In this document: piece by piece, positions 39,120 through 52,008 of the stretch
Layout of the letters: the number at the start of each line of letters is the position of its first letter
Position numbering within the stretch: position 1 is the first letter of the stretch
Source: Gnetum montanum
Taxonomy: Eukaryota; Plantae; Gnetophyta
Length of the DNA stretch: 64,000 nt
Reading direction: 5' to 3'
NCBI GenBank assembly: GCA_015680685.1
Contig: MNCI01000825.1
Location: forward strand, 71,625 to 135,624
Made by a program: the position numbers and the translations under genes
Notes under the pieces: generated by a model
The model's input: the letters and a program-made list of their open reading frames with translations, nothing else
What the model was told of the DNA's origin: nothing
Databases searched by the model: none

Positions 39120-42100
39120 ATGTCTTCTTCTTCGCATAAGAGCACTTCACCGCCTAGGACTAACACAAGAGGCAATCAGCGGCATAATACACGTAACCAA
39201 GATCTGCCAGTTCCTCAATAGTTTCATGTGGTATATACTCATCCCGATGAGTATGTACCTAATTTCACCTTTATTCTCCACCAAGATGAACAACTGCGTT
39301 GGAGAGACTTGAAACGTAACATAGTGTTGCCTTCAAATGGATCAGTCCCCAACATGCTCCTTCGTGCTCTCACACAAATAGGCATGCCACTTTTATATGC
39401 AGAATACATTGCATGTGATCATGACACAAGGGACTATCATCCCACAGAAGCGCAACGTCAAAGGGACTTGCGACAGGAGAGATACCATACATCCTTGAAG
39501 GGTAAATGGCCCCATAACACTCCACACGTTTTGAGCGAAATTGAGGATGGTGAACCTGCTCCAATAGGTTCCCCACAAAACGATGTTCCTCCTCCTAACA
39601 CTGGTCAGGAGGTGGTGTATCAAAACCTTTACTCTACTATTCACAACCCTAGTTCTGATACCCACAAACACGAAGTGTTCAAAGAAGGAACACAAACACA
39701 CGATAAGGACAAACGTTCTGATCATGATCACGATTGAGGCCAAGACCACTGAAGAGAAGGTAGAAAATACCATCATAGCGATGGTTCTCCTTCTTCTTCA
39801 CCTTCATTGTCACCTTCACCCTCTCCTTCAGTGTCCAGATGCAGTCATAGGGAAACTAATTGTGAGGATAAGGGAAAACAAAGTGAAAAACATCGACGAG
39901 AGAGTCGAGAACAAGGACGAGGGCATTCTAAAGAATCAAGGCATAGAAGAAGGGAGAGTAGGGAACTACGTAGACATCATAGACATTATGAACAAGATGA
40001 TTATGAAGAACCCCTACTCGCAACTAGAAGCATGCTAGATATAATGGAGATCGTAAGAGTTCCAACAAGGCACCAAAAGGATAGTAGGATCAAGAGGTTA
40101 GACATGAACAACATCCCACGATTTGAAGGGGGATACAACGCTAATCCTCAAAATCATTTACAAGCATTTCACGATGCATGTGTCTTGCAAAACATAGGAA
40201 ATAAATGGCAAAAATTGAAGTTGTTCCCAAGGACACTAGTGAAAGAAGCTAAAAGCTAGTACCGGTCCTTAGAACTGGAATCCATTCGGAGGTGGAGTAC
40301 AATGTTAGAACTATTCAATGATAAGTACCAAACGTACTCCTGAGTGTTTAACCTGTGAAAGCAAATCCAAGGATGGAAGCAAGGAAATCATGAACCCTTC
40401 GATGCTACCATGGGCCGCTATTACGCACTGTTATATTGTTGCCTTGGTCATGGTTATTCGCAGCGGGATCAACTATGCCATCTCGTGGATGGACTTAGGC
40501 ATGAAACAAGAAGAACCCTTGGGACGTACACTTAAGGAAGGTTATCAGAGCTGAGGTCTCATCAAATTCATAGATTGCTAGAGCAAGTAGCCAAAGAAGA
40601 AGGTGAGCTACGAAAGAGAGAAAGTGCAGAAGAATACAACCGAGATCCTTCCCTCCGAAAAAGGGGAGTGAGATTTTGTGAGGAGGAAGAAGAGTCACCA
40701 CTCAAAGAGATGGTGAATAGGAAAACGTTGCCTCTCCAAAACTTAATAACAAAAGTATCGGCAAAGGTAGACCAAATGTGGGACTCCCTGGATAGTAGGT
40801 TTGAAATTGTTCTTAAAATTGTAGAGGAGTCTAGGCAACGAGGTAGTGACCGTGACAAAAAGAAAAAGAGAGAAGTGGAAAATGCACGTAACAAGGGTAA
40901 GGGAAAAATGGCCATCACAGAAGAGGTTGTGGATTCAAACACGGAAAATGATCGTGGATGCGAGATATGCCAATAAGACCATCCTAAGGGATGTTGCCCA
41001 GTGATCTCACATCTACAAGAGTCTGGGGTATATGCACTCAACCCACGACTAAACAAACAGAAAGCACCCCGACGGTTACCTTATCCCCAAGGTAGTTCCA
41101 CCAACCTTCAACATATTATCCAAGTGAAACTCCACCACAACCCGTTGAGCAACATCAACAGTGGAAATACCCACAGTCATGGGGGCTGCCACCACCAAGG
41201 CAACAATACCCCTACCGACAACCTGACCCATATGGCTACTATGTGCAGCATTCAATCTCTCCATGTGACTCTGTTAGTCATGTTACACCAAAACATCACT
41301 ACCAAGCTTGTGAGTATTATAGAACTTCTCCTAGGGAAGATAACCTAGAAACATACCATCCTTCAAATGCATCCGTAGCTCTCACACCAATAGCTCCATT
41401 ACCACTTGCTCCAGCAATGCAAGGGAACTCCCTACTCAACCGCAGCAACCCAATGCCACAAGGGCTATAAATCCTCAACCCACTATTGGTTCTGACAACC
41501 GTATGAAGAAAATACCTTTCTTCAAAGCCAACAGTCCAACCAAGCCCTTACAACCACAAGTGGTTGAACCTCTGAACGCCTCCCCATCAAACAAGGCTTC
41601 AGAGCTCCCTTCGAACCAAACACCGATCTCAATGCATATGGTTAACTGACTGGATCAAGGTTGGCCACCTTCCTAGGAAATTCTCTGATCCTGGAAGCCC
41701 TCTAATATATCTCCAAATCGCTAGGAATGAGCCATGCAAAGCTCTTCTAGACTCAGGTTCTAGAGTCAACTTAATATCACAAGAAATGTACAAAGCCTGG
41801 AACCTGCCTCCATTAAGGAAGAGCAATATTTTCCTAGATCTGGCTGACCATTCCATCAATGTTCCCTTGGGACTGGTGGAGGATATCGTCACCACTGTGT
41901 GTGGGTGGTCGTACCCAGTTGATTTCTTAGTGATACAAGTGAATAACGGTAAAAGGGACTTCCCAATAATAATGGGAAGGGCATGGCTAAGTACTATAGA
42001 TGCACATCTAGGAATCTACGATCTTTCCCTAGAAATATCTAAGGAGAACACTTTTGGAAAGATCGAGAAGAAAAAGGTTCCATGCATCGCATACAGTGAT

Positions 42101-45100
42101 ACAAGATGCAATTGCGTGCAGAGATCATGGGTTGTGCAAAGTTTAGCATTGCCTACATGCAACCGGTATGCACAAGACATTAATATACAAAAGTTCCTGT
42201 ATGCAGCAGCCACATGACAAGAAGACACCCAGTGGCTAATAGTTGATCAAGAGAGAAACTCACTAACGTGCATGAAACTAACTGAGGGAATAACTTGCAC
42301 TTATATTGAAAGCATAGATGCACTAGAGCAAGTCTGCTGCCAACTTCCAAGCCTTAACCTTGAAAACATCAACTGAGGGAAGTTGGAAATTCCTAAAAAA
42401 TTCAAGCAAAAGCCCCTAGAATTGAAATCATTTCCCACCAGTCTGGAATATATGACCCTCGAAAATGGAAAACCAATAATCATCAATGTAAGACTTGCTT
42501 CCAAACAAAAAGGAAGTCTATTGAAAGTGATAAACAAGTGGTCAAAAGCCTTTTCCTGGTCATATCCCGAATTAACTAGAATAGATCCTAGGATATGCCA
42601 GCATAGGATTTACACTGACCCCTCCATGAAACCTCAAAAACAATCGTAGAGGCGATTGAACCCAAAATTGAAGCAAGTAGTAAAAGAAGAAATAGAANNN
42701 NNNNNNNNNNNNNNNNNNNNNNNNNNNNNNNNNNNNNNNNNNNNNNNNNNNNNNNNNNNNNNNNNNNNNNNNNNNNNNNNNNNNNNNNNNNNNNNNNNNN
42801 NNNNNNNNNNNNNNNNNNNNNNNNNNNNNNNNNNNNNCAAGCCAAGACAATGTTCACCAGTCCTTGGGGAACGTTTGCGTATAAACAAATGTCGTTTGGC
42901 TTGTGTAATGCTCCTGCCACATTTCGACACCTAGTTCTAAGCATATTTCAACAACATATAGGGAACAAAGTGGAAGTCTTTATGGATGACTTCTCCACCT
43001 ATGGAACAAGTTTTGATCAAGCCTTGGACCGATTAGAGCAAGTGCTAAAAAGATGCATAGAAACCAACTTAAGGCTCAACTAGCAAAAAAGCCATTTAAT
43101 GGTCCAAGAAGGCATAGTACTTGGACATAAGGTTTCACATTCAGGAATAGAGATAGACTCAGATAAAGTTAGGGTCATCCAAGGAATCACCCATCAACTG
43201 GAAACTGTCAAACACATTCAGTCATTTCTTGGACACACTGGCTATTATAGGAGATTCATTGAGAACTTCTCCAAGATTATCAAACCGTTGGTAGAGCTAA
43301 CAAAGAAGGACGCATCTTTTGAGCGGACCAGGGAATGTGAACAAGCATTCCAAACTCTGAAACAAGCTTGTAGAAACTCCCATTCTACAAGCTCCTAACT
43401 GGTCCAGACCATTCCACATAATGACTGACGCATCCAATTATGCTTTGGGAGGTGCACTTACACAATTAGATGACCAAAAACGTCCTTACTACATCCACTA
43501 TGCAAGTAGAAGTATCGTCGATGCACAACTTAACTACACAACTAATGAGAAAGAATTAATGGCTGTAGTGTTTGCACTGGATAAGTTTAGGCACTATGTG
43601 TTAGGTTACAAAGTGTTCATCCACACGGATCATAGTGCAATCTAGTTCCTCATGAACAAGCCAACGGTTAGCCCTTGTATTATATGATGGCTGGTAATCC
43701 TATAGGAGTTCGATCTAACGATGATCGATCGAAAAGGCACTGAGAACGTAGTTGCAAATCATTTATCTTGGTTGTGTTGAGACAGCAAAGAGGATGAATA
43801 TGTAATGTCTGATCATTTTCCTGATGAAGCCCTCTTTTCCGGTGTAGTGAATAACCAACCCATGGACACAAACTAGTATAGTAGCATTCTCACCTATCTC
43901 CTTACTCACCAAACACCACAGGAGTTGGACTCTAGAAAGAAACAATAATTTCTTCATAGAGCCAAGTACTTCATAGAGATCAATGGACAACTTTACAAAG
44001 CGTGTCCTGATGGCTTGGTTCGATGGTGCATACCCGAGGTAGACCAACTGAGAGTTCTCCAAGACGCTCATGAGGGCCCTTGTGGGGGTCACTATGCGGG
44101 GAGACGAACAGCTATTAAGATCTTGCTTGCAGGATATTACTGGCCAACATTATTTCAGGATGCCCATTAATTTGTCTGATCTTATGAGCATTGCCAACGT
44201 GATGGGGAAATGACTGCTAGAATGGAGGGTCCGCAACAATGGATTCAACCTTTAGAACCCTTCGACATTTGGGGAATAGACTTTATGGGGCCCATTACAC
44301 CAATGTCCAATGGAAAAGCTTATATTGTAGTTGCCGTATACTATTTAACGAAATGGGCTGAAGCAGCTGTTGTTACAAACTGCACATCATCTATAGCTAC
44401 ACGATTTGTGCAACAAAAAATCGTAAATAGGTTTGGTGTGCCACGTGCACTTATTTCGGATAATGGAATACACTTCACAAGTGCAACTTTTCAGAAGTTA
44501 ATGCAACGCTTATGGGTTGAACATAAATTGACTACACCTTATCACCCCAAGCTAACAGACAAGCTGAGGTCACCAACAGGGAGATCACTAAAATATTAAC
44601 TAGAACAATTAGCAAGTATAGGTGAGATTGAAGCACTAAACTAAATGATGCTCTTTGGGCATACCACTTCACCTGGAAACTCCCTATAGGCTACTCTCCC
44701 TATGAGTTAGTGTACGGAAAGCTTCCAATGCTTCCGATTCAAACCGAGCTCTGAACACTATCGATGACTTGTGAACTCCACCTCGATCTTGATCTAGCAC
44801 AAAAACAAAGGTTGGAAACTTTAAACGTGCTAGACGAAAACCGATTAGTTGCTCTGTCATCAAATGAGTTGCAGAAGGCATATAACAAGCAACGTCATGA
44901 CTTGAAGATTCAAAAGGTTAAGTATCAACCAAGAGATAAGGTTCTCTACTAGTATCCCACACATGTGCCACAACGCACAAAATTTTAAACATTGTGGGAA
45001 AGACCTTACATTATTCATACAACCTTTCCTTCAGGGGTCATGACTGTATACAAACCTGAGAGCCCTGATAAGAGATTGTTAGTCAATGTGCAACAGACCA

Positions 45101-45157
45101 AACCCTTCCATGAATGTAGAACGGTCAATGTACATAACATCTCTGAGAAGGGATGAC
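39120..45157 (+). pseudogene. gag-pol of the Athila-like element
   Basis: NPQNHLQAFHDAC (gag); LPRKFSDPGS and LLDSGSRVNLI (PR, ~41750); MSFGLCNAPATF, FMDDFS (RT); TDASNYALG, NYTTNEKEL (RH); FDIWGIDFMGP, ISDNG.HF, TPYHP (INT). Many stops; N gap within RT. Confidence 0.9.
42698..42837. other. Assembly gap (N run)
   Basis: Run of n. Confidence 1.
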
Positions 45158-46154
45158 CCTGCTCTCTCTTTAGGATCTCCTCCTTCCAACTCAGTCATAG
45201 GGGAGACAGCCACCTCTGCTAACTATTTGAGGCCCTCAGTTCCTTTTTAAGTTTTTGTTTTACACATTTTTGTTTTACAAATTTCTTTAACTTTTCTTGT
45301 TTTTTTTTTTTTTTTTGCAACATCGTTGATACTTTTTCATTTCTTTGTGTGATTGTTTGTTTTGTTTGTTTTTGTTCTTGTTTTGTCTTTGTTTGTTATT
45401 TTTGTTTTGTTATATTCGTCATCTAATAAGTGCTCCTGATGGTGGTATGAACTGTATTCTATTGATTTCTAATGTTTGGTTTTTACCTTTGAGATATAAT
45501 GTTGATACTAAGGTATGGTTCTTTTGATATAACAGGCAATGAGTCCATGTCATCCATGCATCCATGAATTTCTATGGTCTCTTTTGGCTTGGAACTGTAC
45601 AGTCCCTTTCTTTAATAATAAAACTATTAACAAATTGGTGACTGGGCATTTCTAAAACTAAGGACTCAAGGACTAAAAAGGGTGTGACTTCAAGAGGATT
45701 TGATGCATTTGTGCTAACTGTTCTCTTGGGTGCTTGGATGTTTTCTTCTTGAGTTTTTCTTACCATTCCAACAGTGCTCCATTATTGGGAAGCTGAGCTA
45801 ATAAAAATAAGTCTTTACATGGTGTGGTTCTCACGAAAAAAAAAAAAATGAGAATTCAAATCACACCCCTTAGACAAAATAATTATTTGGGCTACAAGCA
45901 CTGGTTATGGAACTAAACAAACATGTTCCCTCTAACTAAGGTCCTCTCTCGCTTTCTACTTTTCCCTTTCTCGTTTTCTCGGAATAGTGGTGACTCTTTG
46001 ACGAAAGCATTCTTGTTACTTCAAGTGGATGGATTGGCCAAATGTATTAATGCGAAGTCACTGGATGTGGATTGTTTGAGGCTGGATTTGGAATGAGATC
46101 TACTTAGTCACATTAACCATACATACACAAGGGGCTGTACACCACCTTGTTCTT

Positions 46155-46548
46155 NNNNNNNNNNNNNNNNNNNNNNNNNNNNNNNNNNNNNNNNNNNNNN
46201 NNNNNNNNNNNNNNNNNNNNNNNNNNNNNNNNNNNNNNNNNNNNNNNNNNNNNNNNNNNNNNNNNNNNNNNNNNNNNNNNNNNNNNNNNNNNNNNNNNNN
46301 NNNNNNNNNNNNNNNNNNNNNNNNNNNNNNNNNNNNNNNNNNNNNNNNNNNNNNNNNNNNNNNNNNNNNNNNNNNNNNNNNNNNNNNNNNNNNNNNNNNN
46401 NNNNNNNNNNNNNNNNNNNNNNNNNNNNNNNNNNNNNNNNNNNNNNNNNNNNNNNNNNNNNNNNNNNNNNNNNNNNNNNNNNNNNNNNNNNNNNNNNNNN
46501 NNNNNNNNNNNNNNNNNNNNNNNNNNNNNNNNNNNNNNNNNNNNNNNN
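46155..46548. other. Assembly gap (N run)
   Basis: Run of n. Confidence 1.
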
Positions 46549-48264
46549 AACGGAAGGCGCAATCCTAGTGTCGGCAGCAACACGTCTTCTTCTTTTTTCT
46601 CTCTCTCTTCTCTCTCAGCTGCCAAACAAGGCTAGATTTCAATTATGTATAGTGTTCATTCTTGTAGTCATGAACACTAATATTTTCATGTATTGTAATG
46701 ATTGATCCAGTCACACATCATCCCATTCACCATTAGTTGTCATTCAAGTCAATAATCCCATACCTTCCCAATATTTTGTAAGGAACTTGAGGACCAGTTT
46801 TCATTCAGTCATGGGGGTATGATGAGCCGCGATATCGTGTACGCAATAGCGCATCCGCCACCCGATATCGCGTCCTGCCTCATCTTCTATAAATAAGAGG
46901 TGGTGCCCTTTGTTCAAGAGAGTTAGACTTAGACCCTTAGCCAGATTCTTGCAGTTTTGTTATTCTAGAGTTAGAATTATTTCTGTGTGCCCGCAGTAGA
47001 AGTCATAGAGTGAACGGATCTTTATTTGAGCAATTTGTACCTGAGCACAATTTTGTGTACAGCAATAAAGATGAACTTTATGATAAACCTTGCAGCATAC
47101 AGATTAAGCTAATTAGTAATTAATGATTGTTTAATGCTTTCCTAGTTAATTAATATCTTTCTCAACCTTCAACCCCCTTAGTTAAATACACTTAGTACGA
47201 CCGTTTCAAGCATGCGTGTAGCACTTGGTAACCTAGTGACGATTAGCGTTTGCACTAATTCAGAATGTGTACGGCAAGTGGGAACAGATACTGGTGTTAG
47301 GAACATTTAGAAACTAGTTAATGAATAGATAATGTAGGTTAGTCACTTAGTTCTCTCTCCCTTTCCTTTATTAGCAGAAGACATAAAAAGATAAAAAGCT
47401 ATAAAAATCATATACCTCAAGCTTGCTTAACCATACAACCATGACAATACAAGTAAGTTGGGAAGACAATGATTGATTAACCCTGAGTGTTCCATTAAGG
47501 CGTATAAGCACTTAGTCCTTGGAGTTCGACGGGATCGTGCGTAAAATGCTCATATTTGTATGGTTGAGTGTAGGGGTACCTCGCCACTCATCATTAAGGA
47601 ACTTAACCAATGAATCAAGTGGAAGAAAATTGATCTATAAATCAAGAACATTATATATATCATAGTTGTATTATTTTAAATAATGAATATGTGAAGTGTT
47701 GTGTATGTTGTTGATGCATTGTTCTTTAGAGTTTCATTAGTTAATAGAATATAAGTACCCCCTCCATGGCTGTAGAAAGGTTGTCAAATGATCTTTCAAC
47801 GCATCATAAGACAAGGCAAGAATAAGTTATGAATATGAAATGAAAACTCTTACATTATTGATGGCCTGGAAGACAAGGTGTTTTACTTGGTTTTATGTCT
47901 TAAACTTACACTGTTATATTCTTATTCTAGAATCTCTTCCATTGCACCTTATGACTTGATTTCTATGAGGAATGTTGCTGGAGATGAAGCATAGCTACAT
48001 ATTTATTGTTGGTAAATTTAGAGGTGACATGTTGTTGAAGAAAGGAATAGAGGTGGATATTATGTTTGAATATTGTAAGCTTGTTAGTTTTCTACTACAT
48101 GAGATCAAGAGAAATTGAACCTAAGACTTGGTAGAATTAGAATTTCAAAATATAGAAAGTTACAACTCGAGGCAACCTATTAGAATATATTTTTATTAAT
48201 TTTTTTAGAGTGATCATGAAAAGAATTAAACTCATGAGTAGGTGCAGAAAAAGATTTTATTTAT

Positions 48265-48288
48265 AGAGAGAGAGAGAGAGAGAGAGAG
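48265..48288. repeat. (AG)12 microsatellite
   Basis: Direct reading. Confidence 0.95.
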
Positions 48289-48439
48289 ATGTTTTCAATA
48301 AAGATTTAATTACATTAAAGAAACCGAATTTGAAACCAAAACCGAAGTGAATAAAAAGGACTAGGAAGAAAAAATAAGAGAGTATTTGTGCATGTTAGAG
48401 AAAGAAGGAGAGCAACAAAAACAAGTGGTAAACAACAAC

Positions 48440-48670
48440 CAAGGAAGACTATGTCTGGAATAGCAAATGAATAACAAAAAAAGAAGATTGTGGCTAAAAG
48501 ACAAGATCAACATCAACAAGAAGAAGATTGTGGCTAAAGCAGCAAATGAACACCAAGAAGAAGACAATCGCTAGAAGAGAAGATCAATGACAATAAAGAA
48601 AGATTGTGGTTGAAATAACAAATGAACAATAAGAAAGAAGACTATTGTAACAAGGGAAGATTGTGGCTAC
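48440..48670. repeat. Degenerate short tandem repeats
   Basis: aagattgtgg[c/t]t occurs four times, interspersed with [g/a]caaatgaa and aagaagac motifs. Confidence 0.65.
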
Positions 48671-50581
48671 TCTAACATCAATAAATAAAAGGAAACTTGA
48701 GCCACGTAGCAATCCAATATTGTCATTAATTGTTCTTGGTAAGCAAGAAATCTAAGTAAGAAGGTACGATGAATCCTTCTCTTGCTATGTATGGTGAACA
48801 ATATTGGCTAATTATATCAATATCTCATGTCATCTCCTTTCTTTGGCTTAAATATAAATTTTCTTTTTGAATCAACTTTGACAAAATTTCTTGTTAAAAA
48901 TTTGGATTGTTGAATCTTATATTTTGTTGCTAGATCTCTCCACCCATCCTCTGCACTCTCATGCCTAAATGACTTAGATGAGAGTTGTTTCTGTAGCAAT
49001 TTAGAAACACCCATAATGATTTGAGGCATTTTTGGCATAGCGATTTTCCAACAGGGGCCAAGGATCCCTAATATGAGGATTGATACTGTTAGCAAAAAGT
49101 AAGAGTATCTCTGGGCCTATGTCAATTTTGCAATTTTCTGAAACTTACTGAACTATTGTATTCTTGGTTCTTGGATGGAAAATTGGCTTGATGATCCCCT
49201 TCAATGCTTAATCCTTGGATTGAATTTTGATTCTTATTTGTGTACCTTCTCAAGTCTAATTTTGTTATCTTTCTATGAGTCCAATGGAGGGGGAAAATCT
49301 ATGGTGTTTATTTATGATTATTAAATGTTAATGATATTAAATTATGGCTATAAAAGTAGGTTCTTTCTCTATTTTCTATTATGATAGTTTGATTAAATGT
49401 TAGTGGTGTGCACTTTATTATTTCAAGTTAGAAAAGTTACTGACATGATTTTTAGTGTGAGGGTTCCTAAAAGAAGATAAAATAGTTTTATTGTGAAATT
49501 GAATGGATTTGGTATTATTGATTTATACATTTCTTGTGACCAACATTTGATATATTATTCTCGCCTGAAAAAAAATCAAACTTTGATTAGTAAAAAAAGA
49601 GAAAATCAAACTTGTACATTCTATCAAAGGAATCTTACATAGATTTTTGTTGTCACCATTTGGTTTTCATGGTTGTCCTTTTCATCAACAATGGTTGAAC
49701 AAAATTAATTATTCATTATGGTTTGTTGATTGATGCTAGATGTAGTTGTGTTTAATTTTTTTATTAAGAGTTTTGATTATTTATTTTGTAAAGTACTATA
49801 TAATAACATTCTTGTGAGTTTTGTTTAGTTGCCTATGTGAACAAGTTTATTAATGCGTACAATCTAGTTTCTAATCTTTCTTGCTTGCTAAACCCTAGAT
49901 ATTGTATCATTGGCAACGATATTATGAATAAATGTAAAGATTATTATATTATTTTATATTTCAATTTGCAATTTTCCAAGTATATGAAAAAATATGTTTT
50001 CCTTCAATTTGACTTCCTTATGGCAAATTACATGTTGGCTGTGCATAATTTAAGACTGCTAAGTGAAGAGATTGGATTAACTGGCTTCTTATTGAGCCAA
50101 ATGGTTGGGGATACAATTTTAAGTTTTAGATGTTTTCCCATTTGTACTACACCTTGGATGCATAATGTATAGAGAGATGTCAATCTTCATATTGACATTC
50201 TCTTCTTACTAGACTCTTAAGCCATTGATCACATCATGTAATTTTCTGTGTTATGCTTTATTTTAATTGATAATTATCTATGCTAGTCTATATGCAAGTT
50301 GAATTTATGATAATTCATCAACTGTTAGGGGAAAAGAAAAGAAAAAAAAGTTAAACCTTACATTTTCAGCCAACTTGTTGGAAGCTTTGAGTATTAACTC
50401 TTGCTTCCTATGGATAGGTGTTACACATCTAGTTTTAGAACATTAGTTATATTTCTTTAAAGATTCATTAAGCTTTGTACCACAATGATATTTCATGGAA
50501 CATTTTGGTACCTTAATATTATCTTTCATAGAACCTCTTTAATAGTATCTTTCATAGAACATTATAGTACTTTTAGCCAAT

Positions 50582-50655
50582 GATAGATAACTCAAGTGGT
50601 TAGCTCATTGTTTTGTTAAGCAAGAGGTTGCTAGTTTAAATCATAATCAAGGTAT
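50582..50655 (+). other. Degenerate tRNA-derived sequence (SINE head or tRNA pseudogene)
   Basis: A-box-like taactcaagtgg and B-box-like agtttaaatc at tRNA spacing with ttgttaa in the anticodon-loop position; stems pair poorly. Confidence 0.35.
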
Positions 50656-51270
50656 CATTGTAGTCCTCTTTAATTCTTCTAATATAACATCTTCGCTATA
50701 TATCTTGGGGTGCATCTATAGTCAAATTCTTTTGGATGAATCTATTATGGAACCTTCCTTTGCAACACTTACATAAATGGACCATTCGCAATCTTGTATG
50801 GTACAGCTTTACCAATGGTGACATGTACACACAATTTTGCAATTTAATTAATATGGACTTTGGACCACTCAGAATTTTTACCATCATGAACGCACGCTTG
50901 GTTTAATTGTACTATCCAAACCTTGCATATTTATTTTTTGAAAGAGATTTCATTGTCAGGTGCAATTCGTTTCTGAAGAAGGAATTTAAATATAAATTTT
51001 AGGATTCTTTTATGTGCATATTAACCACTAACTATACAAACACTAGAGATAGTATTAATAATCGCCCTAGGAAATACAATAACAAATGCAGCCAAAAAGG
51101 TATTGGTTTATTATACGAGTTCATTTTGAAGATAAGGGTTCTACATAATCAAAAAAGTTTTAGGGGGCAAATAAAATACTGCAGTGTCTATGTAACTGAT
51201 GCATACAGGTTTCTTTTTAAGATTTTTCACTCCTCTGTACCACACATAAAGTCAACTGAACAGAATAGAA

Positions 51271-51456
51271 TTAACTGCTTTCAAGATTTACAGGGGCTTT
51301 CAGTGAAGAAAGGTAACGTGCATCCATTTTATCCATGCCATTAAAAAGATAGCTAAAAGGAGGCATGCTGATGTATCTGCCTGTTCCAGGATCAACAATG
51401 AGATTGTCATCTTCCCAAACCACCCTACCTCTAGAGATGGTAACTTCAATCTTTCC
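51271..51456 (-). CDS. PYD2: Dihydropyrimidinase, last coding exon
   Basis: cag|GKIEVTISRGRVVWEDDNLIVDPGTGRYISMPPFSYLFNGMDKMDARYLSSLKAPVNLESS*, recognisably the plant dihydropyrimidinase C-terminus; 186 nt, phase 0. Confidence 0.93.
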   Translation of the reverse strand, partial: GKIEVTISRGRVVWEDDNLIVDPGTGRYISMPPFSYLFNGMDKMDARYLSSLKAPVNLESS

Positions 51457-51507
51457 CTGAATGAAAGTTCAATCATAATATCATTAAATAAAGGGGGTCA
51501 TTATCTT

Positions 51508-51681
51508 GGGACCATCATTTAGAGTGATGGTGAGGTGCTTGTTTCTCAAGTCATATGACTTGGGTTCAAGCTTGAACACAGCTACATGAAAAAGTTAGTC
51601 TTTCACTCATCCATCGAGTCTCCTAGGACCCTGCCTTGGTGGGATAAGCATTGAGCCTCTGGGCAATGATCCTTTTCCTTT
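51508..51681 (+). mobile_element. Degenerate tRNA-derived SINE resembling the Au family, in the last PYD2 intron
   Basis: A-box-like agtgatggt, B-box gggttcaagc, 3' domain ggaccctgccttggtggga...ctggg...ccttttccttt; flanked by imperfect direct repeats gggtcattatctt / gggtaatcacctt. Confidence 0.5.
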
Positions 51682-51851
51682 AAAAAGGGTAATCACCTTA
51701 AAGGTTCAATGTCATCCCATTTGGGAAGATCAGTGGATCAATGAAAACCTAACCTCAATCATGATACCATTAAATATAACATCAAAATAAACATGGAAAA
51801 CTAAAAACCTGTTTTGGGTCAATGACAAATGGGAGAGAATAGAAGCTATAC

Positions 51852-52008
51852 CTTTCCTGTCCAACCTTCGTAAACATTGGTGTCAATTCTGGAGTGGTGC
51901 GACCTAGCTGTTATGTGGAATGTAGCATTTGGATTTAAAATGATTATATCAGCATCTGACTTGGGAAGAATGGCTCCTTTTCTAGGATAAATATTGAAAA
52001 TGCGGGCA
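51852..52008 (-). CDS. PYD2: Dihydropyrimidinase, penultimate coding exon
   Basis: tttgcag|(C)ARIFNIYPRKGAILPKSDADIIILNPNATFHITARSHHSRIDTNVYEGWTGK|gtatag; amidohydrolase KG.I..(G)SDAD motif; splices in frame to 51456. Confidence 0.95.

Larger units (their letters stand above)
38477..47593 (+). mobile_element. Athila-like Ty3/gypsy element with gag-PR-RT-RH-INT, decayed
   Basis: LTRs 38477-38975 and 46820-47593 (TGATGAGCC...CTCATCA); TSD ctaag/ttaag (4/5); PBS TGGCACCATTGCCAGGGA at 38977-38994 (Athila tRNA-Asp type); PPT cagtcatgggggta before 46820 and a similar internal tract near 45192; no aRH or chromodomain seen. Confidence 0.92.

Noticed and set aside
42572-46635. ORFs containing X runs
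   Set aside because: Artefacts of translating N gaps.
47700-50200. Possible gene or pseudogene (ORFs 48817-49095, 49837-50172)
   Set aside because: No recognisable domain or consistent exon chain by eye.
50582-50655. Functional tRNA gene
   Set aside because: Acceptor and T stems do not pair and the B box is degenerate; kept only as a low-confidence tRNA-derived relic.
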